26,205 bases of DNA from a bacterium (GCA_043800755.1 JAZDMQ010000057.1:1-26205); one strand, 5' to 3'. Shown: positions 16,965 through 26,205, counted from the stretch's first letter. Program-made: numbers and translations. The notes: generated by a model from the sequence alone, not told the origin.

Positions 16965-19022
16965 ATGAACATCGCCCTATTGCTGAGCAATCGGACGGAG
17001 ATCATCCGAGAATGCAAAGAAATCCTTTCCCCGGATAGCTTGGTGATTAGCGCCACCTCGATCGAGGATTGCGTGGAGCATCTGGGAAATTATGGGGCAG
17101 ATGTGGTCCTCCTGGATTTTGGATCCTTCGCGGCCGACCTGCCCAAGTTGACCCAGGCAATTCGGAAGATGAAGCCCGACCTGGGGTTGGTGGGCATCTT
17201 TCCGGAGGAGACGACGGTCGATGAGATCGAGGACCTGGCCGGCGAGGTCTACGATTATCTGCAAGAGCCCCTCTCTCCTATGAAATTGAGGGGCGTCGTC
17301 AGCCGATCTTTGGAGCGGCAGAGCCTGTTGGAGACGAAGCAGTTGTGCGAGCGGCCCGGACTATTGCTCTCCCCCTCCCGCAAGGGCATCCGCGAGGTGG
17401 AGAGGGACTTTTATCATGCGGTTCCCTCTTTCTCGGAGAAGGCCCTGCGGGAACTCTCCAAGGCCCTAACCGCCAGTTTCGACCTGGATCGACTGCTGAA
17501 CCTCTTTGTAGACAGCGTGGTGGAGGTGCTGCGCACCAGCAAGATCTCGATCCTGCTCTTGGAGGAGGGATGGGCATTTCGGGTCAAGGCCTCCCGGGGG
17601 ATCAAGCCGGAGTTGGTAGCTGATTTGCAGTTTAAGGCCGACGATGAGCTCCCTGTCTGGTTGGGGAGGGAGGGGCGGATTCTGAGGAAGCCCGAGGTTC
17701 TGGAAATGGGCCCGGATCCCGAGTTCCGCGGGTTAGCGCGACAAATGGATCTTTTGCAGTGCGCCATCAGCGTCCCTCTCCTCAGCAAGGGAAGGCTCAT
17801 CGGCTTCCTCAGCCTCAATCAGAAGGTGACGGGGATTCCCTTCAGCAATGACGAATTGGAGGTCCTCTTCACTTTGGCGAGCCATCTGGCAGTGGCGATC
17901 CAGGATATCTTCCTTTATCAGCAAATGCACTACCAGAAGACCTACTCCCAGAAGATCCTGGCCCACATGTCCAATGGCGTGGTGACCATCGATAAAAAGG
18001 AGAGGATCATCATCTTCAATTATCGGGCGGAAGAGATCCTGGGGCGACGGGCCTCCGAGATGTTGGGCAAGGACCTGCGGTATCTGCCTTCTCCGTTGGG
18101 CGACCTCTTGTACGAGGCGATGAAGACCGGAGCGACCCATCAGAAACGGGAGATCTCCCTCTTTCAGGGCAAGCTTCCCTTAGAGATCAGCACCTATCCA
18201 CTCGTGGATGAACAACAGAATCCAATGGGATCGGTGATCCTCTTCGAAGATATCTCGTCCCGCAAGAGGCTGGAGGAGGAGAGGAAGAGGGCGGATCGTT
18301 TAAACATCCTCAACGAGCTATTGGCTCGCATGGCCCATGAGATCAAGAATCCCTTGGTGGCCATTCGCACTTTTACCCAGCTACTGCAAGAACGCTATGA
18401 GGATCCAGATTTCAAGAATTTCTTCTACACCACGGTAAGCCAAGAAGTGGAAAAGATCAACGACCTGGTGGAAAAGCTGGTTGCCTTCGTCCATCCCTTG
18501 GATTTCCGTTATGAGTTGGAGGACCTGAGGAATATCCTCGACAATAGCCTTTTTCTGGCCTGGGAGCAGGGCATCTCCAAAGAGGTCGAGATCGTCAAAG
18601 ACTTCGGCAGCCACCCCCTTACCATCAACGCAGACAAGGAGCAGATGAGCAAGGCCTTCTCCTATATCATCCTTCATGCCGTGGGGGCCATGCCCAAGGG
18701 GGGTAAATTGATCCTCGAGGCCGAGGAAGTGGGAAAGGGTCAATTCGCCCACTCCGCAGGTTTGACCCTCGCTGAACCCTTGGTCCGGATCTCGGTACGC
18801 GATACTGGCCAGGGGATTACGGCTCACGACCTGGATAAGCTCTTCGATCCCTTCCGCACTACGGAGGGATTTGGGGTGGGTTTGGGCCTGCCCCTCAGCC
18901 AGAAGATCATCGAGGAGCATGGGGGCAAGATTGAGGTGATGAGTGAGGTGGGCAAGGGGACCTCCTTCCACATCTATCTCCCCTGTGTCGCAGAAGAGGT
19001 CCACAGCAACTCCCTCAGGTGA
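16965..19022 (+). CDS. Cytoplasmic histidine kinase-like protein: degenerate REC, GAF, PAS, HisKA, HATPase
   Basis: REC-like DVVLLD; GAF; PAS (FNYRAE); H-box AHEIKNPL; DTGQGI; GVGLGL; atypical N box. Confidence 0.9.
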   Translation: MNIALLLSNRTEIIRECKEILSPDSLVISATSIEDCVEHLGNYGADVVLLDFGSFAADLPKLTQAIRKMKPDLGLVGIFPEETTVDEIEDLAGEVYDYLQEPLSPMKLRGVVSRSLERQSLLETKQLCERPGLLLSPSRKGIREVERDFYHAVPSFSEKALRELSKALTASFDLDRLLNLFVDSVVEVLRTSKISILLLEEGWAFRVKASRGIKPELVADLQFKADDELPVWLGREGRILRKPEVLEMGPDPEFRGLARQMDLLQCAISVPLLSKGRLIGFLSLNQKVTGIPFSNDELEVLFTLASHLAVAIQDIFLYQQMHYQKTYSQKILAHMSNGVVTIDKKERIIIFNYRAEEILGRRASEMLGKDLRYLPSPLGDLLYEAMKTGATHQKREISLFQGKLPLEISTYPLVDEQQNPMGSVILFEDISSRKRLEEERKRADRLNILNELLARMAHEIKNPLVAIRTFTQLLQERYEDPDFKNFFYTTVSQEVEKINDLVEKLVAFVHPLDFRYELEDLRNILDNSLFLAWEQGISKEVEIVKDFGSHPLTINADKEQMSKAFSYIILHAVGAMPKGGKLILEAEEVGKGQFAHSAGLTLAEPLVRISVRDTGQGITAHDLDKLFDPFRTTEGFGVGLGLPLSQKIIEEHGGKIEVMSEVGKGTSFHIYLPCVAEEVHSNSLR

Positions 19023-19040
19023 GGAGGCTGAATAGAAGCC

Positions 19041-20081
19041 ATGAATGGAAGAAACCGGATCCTGGTGGTGGACGATGAACTCGGCCCCCGAGAGGCCCTG
19101 CGCATGATCCTCAAGGACCATTATGAGGTGAGCCTTGCCGAGGATGGGAACTCCGCCCTCGGTTTGATTGCCAGGGAGAGATACGATGTCGTGATCCTCG
19201 ATATCAAAATGCCGGATCGGGACGGCATTGAGGTTCTGAAGATCGCGAAGGAGATGAATCCGGATGTCGAGGTGGTCATGATCACGGCCTATGGGACGGT
19301 GAATACGGCCCGGGAGGCTATTCGCCATGGGGCGTTGGACTATCTCATCAAGCCCTTCGACAAGAAGGATGTGGAGAAGGTAGTGGAGAAGGGGATTGCC
19401 AAGCGCATGGAGAGACAATTAAGCCGGGAGCGTATGGAGGAACTGCAATTGGCGACCCGGAGCCTCTCCCGGCAAGTCGACAAGGCGAAGACGGATATCC
19501 AGCGGCACTACGACGGGACCGTCAAGGCGCTCATTGCCGCTATTGATGCCGTCGACCACTACACCCGAGGTCATTCGGAAAGGGTCTCCAATTTCTCCGC
19601 CCTGTTGGCCCAGGAGGTGGGTTTTCCCAGTCATCAGATTGTCCTTTTGCAGCAGGCTGCCATCGTGCACGATATCGGAAAGATCGGGGTGGAAAGCCGC
19701 ATATTGCGCAAGCAGGGGAATTTGACCCGCGAGGAACTGGATGAGATGAAAAGGCATCCTCAAATTGGGGTGGAGATCGTGGGCCCGGTCCCCTTCATGG
19801 CGGAGGTGCTCCCGGTCATACTCCACCACCATGAGCGGTATGACGGGAAGGGTTTCCCCCACGGGCTGCGAGGGGAGGAGATCGTGCTGGGAGCCCGCAT
19901 CGTCGCCGTTGCCGACGCCGTGGACGCTATGCTTTCTGATCGGCCTTATCGCAAGGCCCTCACCCTGCAGGAGGTGCGGCTGGAGCTGGAGAGGGAAGCG
20001 GGCACCCAGTTTGATCCTCAGATCAGCTCTGCCCTGATCTCTTCTGAGTTCTTCCGCCGTATTGCAGAACAGATGGCCTAA
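19041..20081 (+). CDS. Response regulator with HD-GYP phosphodiesterase domain (RpfG-like)
   Basis: Canonical REC (ILVVDDE, LDIKMP, ITAYG, KPF); YTRGHSERV, HDIGKIG, HHERYDGKGFP, AVADAVDAM..DRPYR. Confidence 0.93.
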   Translation: MNGRNRILVVDDELGPREALRMILKDHYEVSLAEDGNSALGLIARERYDVVILDIKMPDRDGIEVLKIAKEMNPDVEVVMITAYGTVNTAREAIRHGALDYLIKPFDKKDVEKVVEKGIAKRMERQLSRERMEELQLATRSLSRQVDKAKTDIQRHYDGTVKALIAAIDAVDHYTRGHSERVSNFSALLAQEVGFPSHQIVLLQQAAIVHDIGKIGVESRILRKQGNLTREELDEMKRHPQIGVEIVGPVPFMAEVLPVILHHHERYDGKGFPHGLRGEEIVLGARIVAVADAVDAMLSDRPYRKALTLQEVRLELEREAGTQFDPQISSALISSEFFRRIAEQMA

Positions 20082-20108
20082 ACCGGGCAGTCCTGTCCCG
20101 AGACAAAC

Positions 20109-20152
20109 CGGCCCCTCTGCTTTCTCTCGAAGGTGAAGGGGCCGCCCTTTTC
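20109..20152 (+). terminator. Possible intrinsic terminator after the HD-GYP gene
   Basis: CGGCCCCT (20109-20116) pairs with AGGGGCCG (20137-20144), followed by CCCTTTTC. Confidence 0.4.
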
Positions 20153-20154
20153 TG

Positions 20155-20183
20155 TTGACAAGAGGGGCCGGGTCATTTAAATT
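20155..20183 (+). promoter_or_regulatory. sigma70 promoter of the recA operon
   Basis: TTGACA 20155-20160, 17 nt, TAAATT 20178-20183. Confidence 0.7.
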
Positions 20184-20187
20184 AGTG

Positions 20188-20207
20188 TGGAATATACTCG
20201 TATTCCA
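20188..20207. promoter_or_regulatory. Palindromic operator candidate at the recA transcription start
   Basis: TGGAATA-N6-TATTCCA perfect 7-bp inverted repeat just downstream of the -10. Confidence 0.55.
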
Positions 20208-20243
20208 AAAGGTGGCCTTTGAGGGAGAGGAGGCCTGGCAACC

Positions 20244-21275
20244 ATGGAGAAGAAGAACCGGGAAAAGACGCTGGATTTGGCGATCAGTCAGATCGAAAAA
20301 CTCTACGGAAAAGGCTCGATCATGAAATTGGGAGCGGGTGGACCCTTGTTGCCCATTGCGGTGATCTCCACCGGATCCTTAGAGCTTGACTATGCGTTGG
20401 GTGTAGGGGGGATCCCCCGGGGGAGGGTGACCGAGATCTTCGGGCCCGAGGCCTCGGGAAAGACCACCCTGGCCTTGCATGTCATCGCGGAGGCCCAAAA
20501 GAGAGAGGGGACGGCAGCCTTTATCGATGTCGAGCATGCCCTGGACGCCAAATATGCCAATAAATTGGGAGTCAACACCGATGAGCTCCTCATCTCGCAG
20601 CCGGATACGGGGGAGCAGGCACTGGAGATCACCGATGTCCTGGTCAGATCCGGAGCGGTGGATGTGGTGGTCATCGACTCCGTGGCGGCCCTGGTCCCTC
20701 GGGCGGAGATCGAGGGAGAGATGGGGGACCCCCAAATGGGACTGCAGGCTCGTCTGATGTCACAGGCTCTGCGAAAACTGACCGGGGGGATCAGCAAGTC
20801 CAATACCTGTGTGATCTTTACCAACCAGATCCGGGAGAAGATCGGGGTCATGTTCGGCAATCCGGAGACCACCACCGGAGGGCGGGCGCTGAAGTTTTAC
20901 GCCTCGGTTCGATTGGATATCCGCCGGATCTCCTCGATCAAGGAGGGGGAGGAGATCGTGGGCTCCCGGGTCAGGGTGAAGGTGGTGAAGAACAAGGTGG
21001 CCCCTCCTTTTAAGGAGGGAGAGTTCGACATCCTGTATGGGGAGGGTATCTCTCGCCTGGGTGGGATTATCGATTTGGGGGTGGCCCAGGAGGTCTTGAC
21101 CAAGAGTGGCACCTGGTACTCTTATCAGGGGGAGCGGCTTGGCCAGGGACGGGAGAATACTCGGAGGTTTTTGCAGGAGAATTCCCCTCTGGCTAAGGAG
21201 ATAGAATCGCGCCTGCGAGAGAAGCTGATGCTTCCTTCTCCGGACTCGAAGATGACGGCAGAGAGTCCGGCGTGA
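20244..21275 (+). CDS. recA: Recombinase RecA
   Basis: [45 protein letters not shown]. Confidence 0.99.
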   Translation: MEKKNREKTLDLAISQIEKLYGKGSIMKLGAGGPLLPIAVISTGSLELDYALGVGGIPRGRVTEIFGPEASGKTTLALHVIAEAQKREGTAAFIDVEHALDAKYANKLGVNTDELLISQPDTGEQALEITDVLVRSGAVDVVVIDSVAALVPRAEIEGEMGDPQMGLQARLMSQALRKLTGGISKSNTCVIFTNQIREKIGVMFGNPETTTGGRALKFYASVRLDIRRISSIKEGEEIVGSRVRVKVVKNKVAPPFKEGEFDILYGEGISRLGGIIDLGVAQEVLTKSGTWYSYQGERLGQGRENTRRFLQENSPLAKEIESRLREKLMLPSPDSKMTAESPA

Positions 21276-21316
21276 GGCGAGGTGGAAATACATAGCCGCA
21301 GCAGACAGGTAGGGTA

Positions 21317-22456
21317 ATGCAGATTCAAGATCTCTTGAAGATTGCAGTCGAGAGAAGGGCCTCAGACCTCCATCTGAAGGTGGGCGGCCCGCCAGTGCTA
21401 CGGATCGATGAGAGACTGATCCCTCTGCAGGAGCAGCCCCGGCTCTCCGCTGATGATACCATCGCCATGGCCTTCAGCATCATGAATAGCAAGCAGAAGG
21501 AGAAATTCCGGGAGCACAACGAGTTGGATCTGGCTTATAGCGTGGCGGGGTTGGGCCGGTTTCGGGCCAATGTCTTTCAACAACGGAGCACGGTGGCGAT
21601 CGTGCTCCGGGTCATTCCGGTCAAGATCCTGGGCATCGCCGAGCTGAATCTGCCTCCCATTCTGGAGAGGTTGGCCATGGAACCCAGGGGGCTGATCCTG
21701 GTGACCGGCACCACCGGGAGCGGAAAATCCTCCACCCTGGCGGCGATGATCGAATACATCAATTCCAACCGTACCGGCCACATCATCACCATCGAGGATC
21801 CGGTGGAGTTCCTGCACAAGGACAAGAAGTGCCTGGTTAACCAGCGAGAGGTGGGAATCGATACCGAGGGCTTTTCCATGGCCCTGCGATCTGCGCTGCG
21901 ACAGGATCCCGATATTATCCTGGTGGGGGAGATGCGGGATTACGACACCATCTCCACGGCCCTGGTTGCCGCAGAGACCGGCCACCTGGTCATGAGCACC
22001 CTGCACACCATTGATGCCACCGAGACCATCCATCGCATTATCTCCGTATTCCCTCCCTATCAGCAAAAGCAAGTGCGACTCCAGTTGGCCTCGGTGATCA
22101 AGGGAATCATCTCTCAGAGATTGGTCCCCCGGGCAGATGGAAGGGGGAGGGTTCCGGCGGTGGAAGTGATGATCGCCACCCAGACAATCCGCGAGGCCAT
22201 CGTCGATTCGGACAAGACGCGCAAGATCCCGGAGGTCATTGCTGCCAGCGTCAGCCAGTATCAGATGCAGACCTTCGATCAGTCGCTGATGAAGCTGTAT
22301 CGGAACGGCTTGATTACCTATGAGGAAGCCCTGATGCGGAGTAGCAATCCAGACGACTTTGCCTTGAGGGTGAGGGGCATCGAATCCTTGACCGATCAAA
22401 CTTGGGGACCCTCCGCGGAGTCGAAGGCCCCAGAGGTGGAGAGGCTCTCTGGATAG
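21317..22456 (+). CDS. pilT: Type IV pilus retraction ATPase, PilT/PilU family
   Basis: ASDLHL, GTTGSGKS, TIEDPVE, LRQDPDIILVGEMRD, AETGHLV.STLHT, MQTFDQ. Confidence 0.93.
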   Translation: MQIQDLLKIAVERRASDLHLKVGGPPVLRIDERLIPLQEQPRLSADDTIAMAFSIMNSKQKEKFREHNELDLAYSVAGLGRFRANVFQQRSTVAIVLRVIPVKILGIAELNLPPILERLAMEPRGLILVTGTTGSGKSSTLAAMIEYINSNRTGHIITIEDPVEFLHKDKKCLVNQREVGIDTEGFSMALRSALRQDPDIILVGEMRDYDTISTALVAAETGHLVMSTLHTIDATETIHRIISVFPPYQQKQVRLQLASVIKGIISQRLVPRADGRGRVPAVEVMIATQTIREAIVDSDKTRKIPEVIAASVSQYQMQTFDQSLMKLYRNGLITYEEALMRSSNPDDFALRVRGIESLTDQTWGPSAESKAPEVERLSG

Positions 22457-22937
22457 GCGGAGGGGAGAAAAAGAGGCCTCGGGGCTGGTCAAGGTTCACC
22501 AAGCGGCCCTGAGGCTTCTTGCTTTCAGGCGTCGCACAGCCCAGGAGATTCGGAAAGGACTGGAGAAGAGGGGTTTTTCGCCCGCCGAGACCCAGGAGGA
22601 GATTGAGCACTTAAAGGGGCAAAACCTGTTAGATGATGCCAGGTTTGCCCAGGATTGGGCGTATTCAAGGGTCCCCGCCAAATTGTGGGGCCGGGAGAGG
22701 GTCTGGCATGAATTGCAGGGCAGGGGCGTGGAGATTGAAGATATCGCCGAGGCGGTCCGGCAGGTTTATGCCGAATACCCTGAGGAGGAGCTGGCCCTGC
22801 AGGCCGCCCGCAAGCGGTGGAAATCATCGATCGGCAAGGATTCGCTGAAGGCGAGGCAGAAGGTAGGAAGTTATCTACAGCGACAGGGTTTCCCCTTCGA
22901 GGTCATCATCAAGGCATTGGATCGCCTCAAGGATTGA
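22449..22937 (+). CDS. recX: Regulatory protein RecX (probable CTG start)
   Basis: Frame reads AALRLLAFRRRTAQEIRKGLEKRGF...LLDDARFAQDW...WGRERVWHELQGRGV...YLQRQGF, far upstream of the ORF-track start; 162 aa from CTG 22449. Confidence 0.88.
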   Translation: MDRRRGEKEASGLVKVHQAALRLLAFRRRTAQEIRKGLEKRGFSPAETQEEIEHLKGQNLLDDARFAQDWAYSRVPAKLWGRERVWHELQGRGVEIEDIAEAVRQVYAEYPEEELALQAARKRWKSSIGKDSLKARQKVGSYLQRQGFPFEVIIKALDRLKD

Positions 22938-22940
22938 TAG

Positions 22941-25592
22941 ATGAAGCTAACTGGCTTTGAGATCCGCAACCGGTTCTTGGATTTTTTCCGCCGCCACGAC
23001 CATACCATCGTCGAGTCCTCCTCTTTGATTCCCCGCAACGATCCCACCCTCCTCTTCACCAACGCCGGGATGGTCCAGTTCAAGGAGGTCTTCATCGGGG
23101 CCCGTCAGCTTCCCTATCAGAGGGCGGCGAGCTGCCAGAAATGTGTCCGGGCTGGAGGCAAGCACAACGATTTGGAGAATGTAGGCCGGACCGCGCGCCA
23201 TCACACCTTTTTCGAGATGTTAGGCAACTTCTCCTTCGGGGATTATTTCAAAGAAAAGGCGATCGAATACAGCTGGGATTTCCTGGTGAACGAGATGGTC
23301 CTTCCCACGGATCGCCTGTGGGTTACGGTTTATCGGGAAGATGAAGAGGCCTTTGGCCTCTGGCAGAAGTTGGCCGGCCTCCCCGCCGAGAGGATGGTCA
23401 GGCTGGGGGAGAGGGATAATTTCTGGGCCATGGGGGATACCGGCCCGTGCGGCCCTTGTTCTGAGATCGTCATCGATCAGGGAGAAGCGGTAGGTTGCGG
23501 GAAGGCGGATTGCCGAGTGGGTTGCGAGTGCGATCGCTATCTGGAGCTCTGGAACTTAGTTTTCATGCAGTATGAACGATTTGCAGATGGGACGATCAGG
23601 CCGCTACCCCGGCCCAGCATTGACACCGGAGTGGGCCTGGAGAGGTTGTCGGCGGTCCTGCAGGGGGGGAAAAGCAACTTTGAATGCGACCTCCTTTTTC
23701 CGATCATTGCCCGGATGGAGGAGGTGACCGAGAGACGCTACGGAGAGGATGGAAGCTCTGATATCTCGTTCCGGGTGGTGGCCGATCATGCGCGGGCGGT
23801 CACCTTTCTCCTGGCAGATGGGGTGATCCCCGCCAATGAGTCCCGGGGATATGTGTTGCGGCGAATTCTTCGCCGGGGCCTCCGCCATGGAATGAAGCTG
23901 GGCCTGGAGAGGCCCTTTCTGTTTGAGATTACCGGGACTGTGGTGGACCTGATGGCCGACGCCTATCCGGAATTGGAGGAGAGACGGGAACAGATCAGTC
24001 GTCTTTCGCTGCAGGAGGAGGAGCGCTTCATTCACACCCTTCGCTCGGGATTGCCCTTGGTGGAGGAAGAGCTGATGGCCGTCCAGGAGCGCGAAGAGCA
24101 GATGCTCTCGGGTGAGAAGGTCTTCAGACTTTACGATACCCATGGAGTTCCCTTCGACCTCTTGACCGAGATGGCCGCAGAGAAGGGCATCTCGGTCGAT
24201 GAAGAGGGCTTCCAAAGAGAGATGGAAGGGCAGCGGACCCGGGCCCGAGGCTCCGGTATTTTGACTTTTCCGGCATTTAGGATTAAGGGCTCCGGATACT
24301 CCCTGCCCCCAGCCACTGAATTCATCGGTTATGAGAACTTGCAGGGTGAGGCGACGGTTGGAGCGTTATTGCATGAAGGAAAGCTTATCGAGGAAGCGGA
24401 AGTTCCCTCAGAGGTGGAAATCATTCTGGATCGAACCCCCTTTTACGCCGAGGCGGGCGGACAGGTGGGCGATTGCGGTTGGATCTCCTGGGAAGAGGGG
24501 AAGGCGGAGGTCTTGGACACTTGTTCGCGGGTCAAGGGTCTTACCTTCCATCGCTCTCAGATCAAGAGGGGAAAAGTCCGTGTGGGAGAAAAGGTCTCTT
24601 GCCAGGTGGATGAAGAGAGAAGGCAATCGACCGCCAACCACCATACTGCCACCCATCTCCTCCAAGCCGTCCTGCGTCAGGTCTTGGGGGATCATGTCAA
24701 GCAATCCGGCTCCCTGGTGGCACCCGATCGTTTACGCTTCGATTTCTCCCATTTCTCACCTCTCAAAGATCGGGAGTTACAAAGGATCGAGGGTCTGGCC
24801 AATGCTCATATTCGGTCCAATACTCCCCTGGAGATCGAGGAGAAGCCGCTGGAGGAGGCCTTGAAACTGGGGGCCATCGCCATCTTTGACGAGAAGTATG
24901 GCGAGATGGTGCGGGTGGTCTCGATTCCCGGGGTCAGTATGGAGCTTTGTGGAGGTACCCATGTGCGTGCCACCGGGGAATTAGGGCTGTTGCAGGTCAT
25001 TAGCGAAGGGGGAGTTGCCGCCGGGATCCGCCGCATCGAGGCGGTGGCGGGAGGGCCCGCGTGGGATTTGGTGGAGGAACGAGAGGAATTGCTTAAGGAG
25101 GCGGCCCGGAGGCTCAAGGTGAAGTCAAATGATTTACTTCCCCGGATTGACGGCCTAATGCAGGCCCTCCGCGACCAAGAGGCGGAGTTGAGCCGGATCC
25201 AGGGCTATCTTGCTCTGCAAAAACGGGACGAGCTCTTGGAGCAGAAACAGATCATCGAGGGCATCGAGGTGATCTCGGGCAGGGTGGATTTCATGGGACC
25301 CAGGGAATTGAGGCATCTGTCAGACCTCATCAGGGACAAGATCGGAACCGGGGCAGTAGTGCTGGCCGCCCCGGTAGATGATCGAGTGCATTGGGTGGTC
25401 GGGACATCTACGCCCAAAGGCCTGGGGCTCCATGCCGGGATCCTGGTCAATGAGGTGGCTCAAATCACCGGAGGCAAAGGGGGGGGGAGGCCTGATTTGG
25501 CGGAGGGATCAGGGAAAGACCGGGGAAAAGTGGATCAGGCCTTGGAGTCGGTTCCTTCCATCATCAGGAGGTTAGTTTCCCAAGGGAAATGA
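22941..25592 (+). CDS. alaS: Alanine--tRNA ligase
   Basis: DPTLLFTNAGM, HHTFFEMLGNFSFGDYFK, ELWNLVFMQ, editing motifs HTATHLL and ELCGGTH. Confidence 0.99.
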   Translation: MKLTGFEIRNRFLDFFRRHDHTIVESSSLIPRNDPTLLFTNAGMVQFKEVFIGARQLPYQRAASCQKCVRAGGKHNDLENVGRTARHHTFFEMLGNFSFGDYFKEKAIEYSWDFLVNEMVLPTDRLWVTVYREDEEAFGLWQKLAGLPAERMVRLGERDNFWAMGDTGPCGPCSEIVIDQGEAVGCGKADCRVGCECDRYLELWNLVFMQYERFADGTIRPLPRPSIDTGVGLERLSAVLQGGKSNFECDLLFPIIARMEEVTERRYGEDGSSDISFRVVADHARAVTFLLADGVIPANESRGYVLRRILRRGLRHGMKLGLERPFLFEITGTVVDLMADAYPELEERREQISRLSLQEEERFIHTLRSGLPLVEEELMAVQEREEQMLSGEKVFRLYDTHGVPFDLLTEMAAEKGISVDEEGFQREMEGQRTRARGSGILTFPAFRIKGSGYSLPPATEFIGYENLQGEATVGALLHEGKLIEEAEVPSEVEIILDRTPFYAEAGGQVGDCGWISWEEGKAEVLDTCSRVKGLTFHRSQIKRGKVRVGEKVSCQVDEERRQSTANHHTATHLLQAVLRQVLGDHVKQSGSLVAPDRLRFDFSHFSPLKDRELQRIEGLANAHIRSNTPLEIEEKPLEEALKLGAIAIFDEKYGEMVRVVSIPGVSMELCGGTHVRATGELGLLQVISEGGVAAGIRRIEAVAGGPAWDLVEEREELLKEAARRLKVKSNDLLPRIDGLMQALRDQEAELSRIQGYLALQKRDELLEQKQIIEGIEVISGRVDFMGPRELRHLSDLIRDKIGTGAVVLAAPVDDRVHWVVGTSTPKGLGLHAGILVNEVAQITGGKGGGRPDLAEGSGKDRGKVDQALESVPSIIRRLVSQGK

Positions 25593-25631
25593 GGGGTTCC
25601 TGGGGGCTATTTCTAGGCCAAGGGGGTCCAG

Positions 25632-25973
25632 ATGTTTGAGGTGTTGCGGAAGGTGATCCTGGCAGGATTAGGGATGGTAACCCTTAAAGAGGAGAAGGTG
25701 AAAGAGATCGTCAATGATCTCATCGAACAGGGGCAGTTGAGCAAGGAGGAAGGGAATCAGTTTGTCAAGGACCTGGGAGAGAGGCTGGAGAGAAATAGGG
25801 CCGAGCTCGAGAGGAAGGTGGGAGAGATCTTGAACCGGACCCTGGAGAAGATGAATCTGGCCACCAAAGAGGAGTTGAGCCGTCTGGCAAAGGAACAACA
25901 GGAGTTGCTCACTCGGATCGAGAGGCTGGAGAGAGGAGAACAAGTTGGGGAAAAAAGTCCTGGTAGTGGATGA
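25632..25973 (+). CDS. Phasin-like / PHA granule-associated coiled-coil protein
   Basis: LRKVILAGLG...LIEQGQLSKEEG...MNLATKEEL..L...IERLE pattern. Confidence 0.75.
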   Translation: MFEVLRKVILAGLGMVTLKEEKVKEIVNDLIEQGQLSKEEGNQFVKDLGERLERNRAELERKVGEILNRTLEKMNLATKEELSRLAKEQQELLTRIERLERGEQVGEKSPGSG

Positions 25974-26205
25974 TGATCATTTCTTCGTACAACTCCTCTC
26001 CGATACCCTCAGCTCCCATGGCTACGAGGTTTTGGTGGCCTATGACGGCATGGAGGCCCTGGGGAAGGTGCGGGAGGAGTTGCCCGCCTACATCTTTCTG
26101 GACCTGATCTTGCCCAAGATTGATGGCGTCCGGGTCTGCCGCTACCTGAAGGAAGACCCGCGCTACTCCTCGATCCCGGTGATCGTGCTCACGGGCATCG
26201 CGGCC
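25945..26205 (+). CDS. Response regulator receiver-domain protein (3' end outside window)
   Basis: TTG after GAGGAG; KKVLVVDDD...AYDGMEAL...FLDLILPKIDG...IPVIVLTG. Confidence 0.9.
   Translation, partial: MGKKVLVVDDDHFFVQLLSDTLSSHGYEVLVAYDGMEALGKVREELPAYIFLDLILPKIDGVRVCRYLKEDPRYSSIPVIVLTGIAA

Noticed and set aside
15417..22492. Long antisense ORFs (15417-16358, 18381-19418, 21398-22492)
   Set aside because: They shadow well-supported plus-strand genes, as expected in GC-rich DNA, and carry no motifs.
20244..25592. pilT placed between recA and recX as a novelty
   Set aside because: recA-pilT-recX-alaS order is, to my recollection, already known from Deltaproteobacteria such as Geobacter.
1..26205. 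CRISPR arrays, rRNA or tRNA genes
   Set aside because: No regularly spaced repeats or recognisable structural RNA signatures seen.

Overview
GC-rich bacterial chromosomal segment whose recA-pilT-recX-alaS synteny resembles that of Deltaproteobacteria. In order: the right end of an IS5-family element; a HAD hydrolase and ltaE (minus strand); a universal stress protein followed by an internally deleted enolase-superfamily remnant; a TPR/outer-membrane beta-barrel gene paired with a FecR-domain gene; a small lipoprotein; mutY; a three-gene operon encoding a ubiquitin-like carrier ending GGS, a selenocysteine-containing SelD (in-frame TGA plus SECIS hairpin, missed by the ORF track) and a Mec-like JAMM peptidase; etfBA; an accessory block of a stand-alone FabF-like ketosynthase, decayed SDR and methyltransferase-like remnants, an ICMT-family methyltransferase, a 7TM-GAF-PAS histidine kinase, a second probably degenerate kinase and an HD-GYP response regulator; then recA, pilT, recX (no canonical start), alaS, a phasin-like gene and the start of a response regulator. 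The two most notable candidates are the carrier-SelD-JAMM operon (possible selenium-carrier pathway) and the ketosynthase/methyltransferase plus sensor/HD-GYP block (possible lipid-signal circuit). All calls come from motif recognition by eye; no searches were run.
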